From positions 1 through 64,000 of the forward strand of contig JAAPAO010000015.1 in NCBI GenBank assembly GCA_013115145.1: a stretch of 64,000 bases of DNA, written 5' to 3'. Made by a program: the position numbers and the translations under genes. Origin of the DNA: Perkinsus chesapeaki ATCC PRA-425 (taxonomy: Eukaryota > Protista > Perkinsozoa). Position 1 is the stretch's first letter, and each line of letters opens with the position of its first letter. Under the pieces are notes generated by a model, which saw nothing but the letters and a program-made list of their open reading frames with translations, made no database searches and was not told the DNA's origin. Below are positions 58,248-64,000 of the stretch, in pieces.

Positions 58248-61200
58248 TCATTGCTCGGTAACAGTGGTGAGGCGTAACAGGCAGCTAGAAGGATACTTGC
58301 CGTCAATTATCCTGCTAAAACAGCTGACCACGGATATGCAGAGGACCATACCACATCCCGAGAGGACAAAGGATACGAACAACAACAACTCAAAGAGGTA
58401 TCTTACTAGACGTAAAGCTAGTGACGAGCTACCTTGCAACACAGCTAAGCTATAGTTAGTAGCCATGACCAGCTTCCTCCTCACCTGGTCTCTTGGACTT
58501 CGAAGTTCTAGAGGATGTGGTGGCTTCACTGGTCTATCACTATTAGAGGTTCTCTTCACCGGGCTAGTGGCTCCTCCCCCGTTGAGGCTTTCCATTCTAC
58601 TGCTACTAAGGGAGCTGCTCTGAAGCACCAAGAACTTCAATAAACTCGTACCAGATTTCCCTCACATCGTAGCCAACCGGATGGTCATTGTTACGATGCA
58701 GATAATCAGGGGACCGGTGAGAATTGTGGTAACTCATGCGGACCTGAGGAACGACAAGCAGTTTTTTCAAAGGCGCTCCCAGGCGGCAGACTCGTTGCAG
58801 GAAAACATTAGGAGGCAGCGAACTCACCTCAGGAGAATCTTGCGCTGGTGAAGCTCGGGTTTGCCGCGGACTTTGCGACAAACGACTACTCATGGCAGCA
58901 GCAGACGATGCTGGATGAGACGGCACACGGTTATCAGCGGTCAGTCCGTGACGATTATTAATTGTACTTCGCTGGAATACCGCAGCGCTGACCGCCTGTG
59001 GCGATGACGTAGCTTTCGTCTGAGCCGGTTCAAACGTCACTCGCCGTTCAATTCTGCCATTCTGTCTCAGGGCTCTCGTCGCGCTCTCACTAGGCCTCTC
59101 AACAATCGGTGAATCACTCATAGTCGGTGGCCTGGTAATTGATAAGCCAACAGCTTGATGATGCTCGGCAGCAGCAGCAGCAGCCGCCATGACAGCCTTC
59201 CTTGTGACAACAGGAGCACTGGCTCCAGCTCCACCGGCTCCACTACTCTGGGCCACCACGGTCTCCTCATGGCGAACGCTACGATTGATGTATTTCGGGG
59301 CTTTCCCACCACCAACAGCGGCCTGTGGAGCGCCGGCCTGCTGACGTGTAAAGGTGACATTCGGTACGGTGGCCTTCCCACTGCTGCTGCTGCTGAGGTT
59401 GGCCTTTGGTACGGTGGCTTTAGCATTGCTACGGATGCCATTGGGGCCGGAAGCCTTTGCGCCCAAGTTGACGGTGGCCTTCGGTGCTGCCGCCTTCATT
59501 TGGGCTCGTTGTTTTTTCGTTAATTGTTGCCAAGTGTGTGGCATGGCCATTATAGGCACTGCAGCAGCCTTCCCACCTGGCATCTGAAACACTTATGCCC
59601 ATGCTCCTATGCTAAACAACTCCTCACAGATTTGGGTCGTGTCGGCGGCACCAGCCTCATCTTGGTAGCTCTGCCACCAGCTGCTGCTGCTGCCTTAGCC
59701 AAGCTCGGTGTGGTGACGATGTTGGCAGTGGAGTTTGCAGCCACCGATACAGTCTTCGGAGCCTGTGATAACACTGGGGCCCTTCCTGAGCGTTTGAGTA
59801 GACCTACGGCTACAGTTGGCCGCTGTGGACGCTCTTGAGGCCTCTGCTCCTCACCAGGGAACTCGTAAGCCACGGACTTGGAGCCTGAGGAGCAGCAGCA
59901 CTTAGGCCGTACACACTTGAAAGCGATGTCGCTGTCGAGCACGGAGCTTACCGGAACTTCCACCGGCCGACTGCTGCTGTTGCTGCTGAAGTCCTTCAGC
60001 CCATTCTTCGAATGCACAAGCGTGAAAAGGACGATGGCAGAGCTGAAGCGTAACGAATGAGCTGTGTGTATACATATTAGTAGGGAATGCTCATCACCGG
60101 GCCTCTCCAGGTGCAACCATGCTGGTAGTGGGAGCACCTAGCGTTCCTCTCAAGTAGCTTCTGAAGTGTCTTCACATCGTAGGTTATGAGGCCGATGTCA
60201 GACCAAACTCGACACTCTGGACAACATATCGAATCCACTTCCAAGGAGCCAGCAGCGCTGGGCTTTTGCTCCATCTGATGAGCCAATAACAAGACACTCC
60301 AACTGGAGAGCCTACTTGGGCAACACAATCAGCACAATACCGATGGGGACAAGGAAGCTGCTTGAAGACTGGCCGCAGCTGAGGGAAGTGAGACAACTGC
60401 AATGTGGCAATGGTGACCTACTGCATAGCATATCTTGCATTCGAGGAGATCATCGATCTCATCATTAGTCCAGGAATCCAGGACGGCACTGGAGGCGTCG
60501 GGCTGGTCAAACTCTCTTAGCGGTGGGAGAAGACCAATGAGAAAACTGAACGTAAGTAGCATTGTTAAATGCCATCGAACATCGCTGGCGTTACCTAATG
60601 AGAGTGTCAGTGTTGGCATTCTCCATCTTAAGTGTCTTATTCTGCCTCTTCCACTCCCTTTCTATCTGACAACAAGCCAAGTCCCACCAACTCTAGCCGA
60701 GGCCGTAACGACCTTCTTCCGCATCTTCTTGTTACCAATACGTGTCGTCTCAACAGCCAATCGCTGGATAGAGACGCCGCCGCTGTCCACCGATACGATC
60801 TGACCGTTGACAAGCATCTGAAATATAAATTCATAAAGGCCCCCGGCAGCTCTGTCACCTCCTTCTTCCGCGCCGCAATCCGCTCATTCTCGCTGCACCA
60901 CTCACCTCCGGAAGAGCATCCATGGGCTCTATCAGATGCATCATCATCAAGGTCGGCAAATCTGAGGAGACCTTCTTTCCCCGCTTCACCAACCGAGGTC
61001 AGGTGTACATATTATCCTCCCTGCCCACCACCCGTGGAGGGTGTATCTGCCTTCTCTTAGGCATCTGATCCAGACTCCGCTTCTTCTTTCCCACTTGACT
61101 CCACCCAGGCATTAATAAAACTTTCAATCCAGCTCGTCCCCACCCGCCGCAGCCACTGGCACGCTGCTACTCAAATCTATGAGGTGCGAAAATGTTCGAG

Positions 61201-61370
61201 AATCTTCGGAAAGTTCTTCAAAATCTATGTTGGCCGCCAGCGTATTCAAACAACAGTATAAATATCCAAGGGAAGTCTCTGTGACGAATGCTGCTGCTGC
61301 TGCCCTCGGAGGAGGACTTCCTTCTACATCCAACTGTGGTGGCAGCAAACAATTTCGGGAGGGTGAATTC
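58248..61370 (-). CDS. RING-finger / TRAF-type zinc-finger protein with long low-complexity region and hydrophobic C-terminus
   Basis: LLECKICY...LPCPHRYCADC...CPECR (RING), CSHYQHGCTWRGP (TRAF/SIAH-type zinc finger), an Ala/Ser/Pro-rich 328-aa exon, and a terminal LFELLLFVSFVLSGCGMVLCISVV stretch. Confidence 0.65.
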
Positions 61371-61594
61371 AATTCCCAGTAGTGCCACTAATGGGTGGCA
61401 GCCATGGTAGCTACACGGCCCTATTATCAAGGAGATGCTTTCAGATCAAGCCCTTTGTTCGGCTGCTGTCTCAGTCCTCCCTTGTATAACTGTTGAACTC
61501 AGAGCAACTATTAACATAACTGTCTTATTTTGAGACTGTTAACATGATGATTAACTCTATACATTTAATATACTCTTCAATTAATAACCGCCAG

Positions 61595-64000
61595 TCACCG
61601 AATAGAGTACGATGCCAATGACTTTGGGGTGCTGCCAATCTCCAGCGATGAGTTATTGCTCATCTGTGATGACAGCCGTCCACCTGAAAGGGGGCGGGCC
61701 ACTTCAGTAGGCCAAGCCCCTTCTTGGACGCACTCCTCTGCATCTCCACTGAAGCGCTCAAAACTGGCGGACGCCTTGCTGGCACGTCTCTCTTGCCATT
61801 GCCAGCTGCACAAAGGGCCTGTCCCCTTCCTCCAACAGCAGCAGCCAAGACCTACCATCCCTGTCCCCGAGGCTGTTAGGCCTTGATGCACCAAAGGATT
61901 CAATACGCTGGCGAGTACCATGGAGGGGCTCCCCTCGAATGCCAGTTGCCAGTGGCAATATAGAGCTACGAAGGATATCGCAGTGGAGCGGCACGTACTA
62001 CACTGACTCTGAGTTGACTCTAGAGAGCCCTCGCCTAGTGCCTGTCCTCGAAGCAGCATCTCCTCGTGTAGCTCTGCCACCACTGCCTCCTGAGCTATCT
62101 GAGAAGGGCCAACAAAGGAAAAGTACGGGCTTTGCCACATCACACACCACCATCGCGCCGAAGCATAGAGCCCCCGCCAGCTGCCTTGGCCCTAGGAGTT
62201 CCAGCAGCACCTGTCGGATAGAGCCTGGATGCCAGAAATTGATCAAACTGCTCACCAGCATCAGCAGCGGTTCGCATGGATCGACTGGCCTGCGTGCTTC
62301 TCATGAATGAACTCTCCAGGCCACCAGTATAGCCGCTCCGAGAAGGAGGAGGACGCTGCCGTCCACACAAACGACTTGAGGAGCGTGAAATCAGTGAAGA
62401 CAACGAGGGATCCTGAGGCCTCCTTCAATCACAGCAATCAATAGCATACCATGCCAGGTCATACCGTAATGAGCCTCCTCTGTGGGACCTTGCCAACGCC
62501 ACCACCGGCACCAGCTGACCTCTCCCCCTCCGCCTTGGTGAGTTGCTGATTCCATTGTGTCTGGAAGAACTCACACTCCTCCACTTTAGACTCATAGTCC
62601 TCTAAAAGCTTCTGGAAGTCATCCGAGAGCTGCTGATAGCCCGATGACACCAGCCTGCCACTGCCATTATCAACAACGGTTCTACACAGCACTACTCCAG
62701 CTCTATCAAAAGCCTCTTTAATGTCTCCTTGGTGCTCCTCAACAACACCCCTTCCTCATCACCGCCTACCACCGTTGCCAGCACTGGACAACTGAGATCT
62801 CCCTCCCACCTTCCTCCTCGCCAAGAATCTCCTCCATAGTAGGCAAAGCTGCACTACTAGCACTACCAGTGATGGCAGCTGTCCTCGGACTCGCTGTGGT
62901 AACCATATGCCCCGTTCTCTCATCAAAGACCGATAGCTCCAGCTCCGATATAGCATGTAGGCTCATGGTGCTCTTGTTCCTGCCCAGCGGCTGCTGCCCT
63001 ACTCTTAGGCCCCAAAGGCTCCTACCTTAGGAGGGAGCTAGCAGTGTTGGCATTACGGGATAGGGTTCTGGTCTGCTCCCTAGAGGCAGCCGGAGGCGGT
63101 CTGAAAGATTCGTCTGAGGTCACTTCGACAACCCCCATACCCTCGGCCTCTCTTGTCGAGAAGTGAGCTCAGATGTGGTGTTGATTGCACTGATGACAGA
63201 CCTGCAAAGGTTTGCATCCCCGCCAGCCGCCTCCACCATCACCTTTAACCTTAGCCGCCGCCATACCTCCAGCCTTCCCTCCTGCAGCCATACCACCACC
63301 GCCTCCGTTCAGCACCGTCGCTGCTGTGTACCGCATTATCCGGCTCATACTGGCACTCTGTGCCAACTGCCTCGTAGGAGAATCATTCAATGCCTCCGGA
63401 CCTACGCCACCCGCGACCCTGTAGTTCCTCGAACTCCGGAGCGGTACCCCTGTTAGAAGCATCCTCGTCCAGCAGCCATGGGCTCTTCTTCAGGCTCTTC
63501 TCAACATCGATCTCCTCAAAGTCGTCACCCTACCCAATCACCCTCCCCTCGCCAATGCCTGGCTACTACCGATGATGACCGGAGAACCACTGCGGTGTCC
63601 GCCTGTCGTATCTTCTCAACAAGGGTATCCACATCCCGACAAAGCGAGGCCACCTGCCACCAGCTGCCTCTACTTCAGACTCCACCACTCTACTACTTCT
63701 CGAACCAACTCCGGATCAATCCTGGTCTCCCTCTTGAGTTCCTCCTCACCATCACTTGACAGGCACTCGTTGCTTATCGGCACCATAGCACTCCATGCTT
63801 GCGGCGGGGACGCTGATGGCACAACCGTGTCCCCCCCAGCCTCACCTCTGCCCACCTTGAGGGCTCTGCTCCCTATGAACCCTCATTAAGGCTGGGGTGC
63901 CAGAGGGAGAGAGGCCCGGCGAGGCTTGGATGATCTCCCCGAATCTATACTCTGGTGAAGGTGCAACCTAGATACCTACTCCACACTGTCCACAGCTTCC
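61595..64000 (-). CDS. Hypothetical low-complexity/coiled-coil protein (partial, may start outside the window)
   Basis: Minus-strand exons such as QQLSDDFQKLLEDYESKVEECEFFQTQWNQQL and EAVVAELHEEMLLRG, with GT-AG-like breaks. Confidence 0.4.

Overview
Eukaryotic, intron-rich DNA (most introns ~35-60 nt, GT-AG). The expanded intronless S8 proteases, GH18-like protein, flagellar genes and short introns suggest a Perkinsus-type alveolate; this is inference. Positions 1-13.5 kb hold a birth-and-death array of six subtilisin (S8) loci, interleaved with broken duplicates of the neighbouring NAA60/ARFRP1 locus. After it come NAA60, ARFRP1, a peroxisomal multifunctional beta-oxidation enzyme ending in SKL, importin-5, a DNAAF1-like LRR protein, a catalytically degenerate GH18-like protein, a Slo/BK-type K+ channel, orphan secreted proteins, a coiled-coil/LRR protein, RSPH4/6, an amidinotransferase, a Cys-rich repeat protein, an EF-hand protein and a RING/TRAF-zinc-finger protein. 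Top finding: two intact subtilisin paralogues have the catalytic Ser replaced by Cys (GTC) in a background where Pro225 is already Ser and no prodomain is evident. This naturally mirrors the engineered peptide ligase subtiligase (S221C/P225A). Other strong leads are a BK-type channel fused to a signal peptide plus Cys-rich ectodomain, with a degenerate S4 and no Ca2+ bowl, and an amidinotransferase with CyrA-like rather than human-like acceptor-site residues. Exon boundaries were read by eye, so multi-exon gene ends are approximate.
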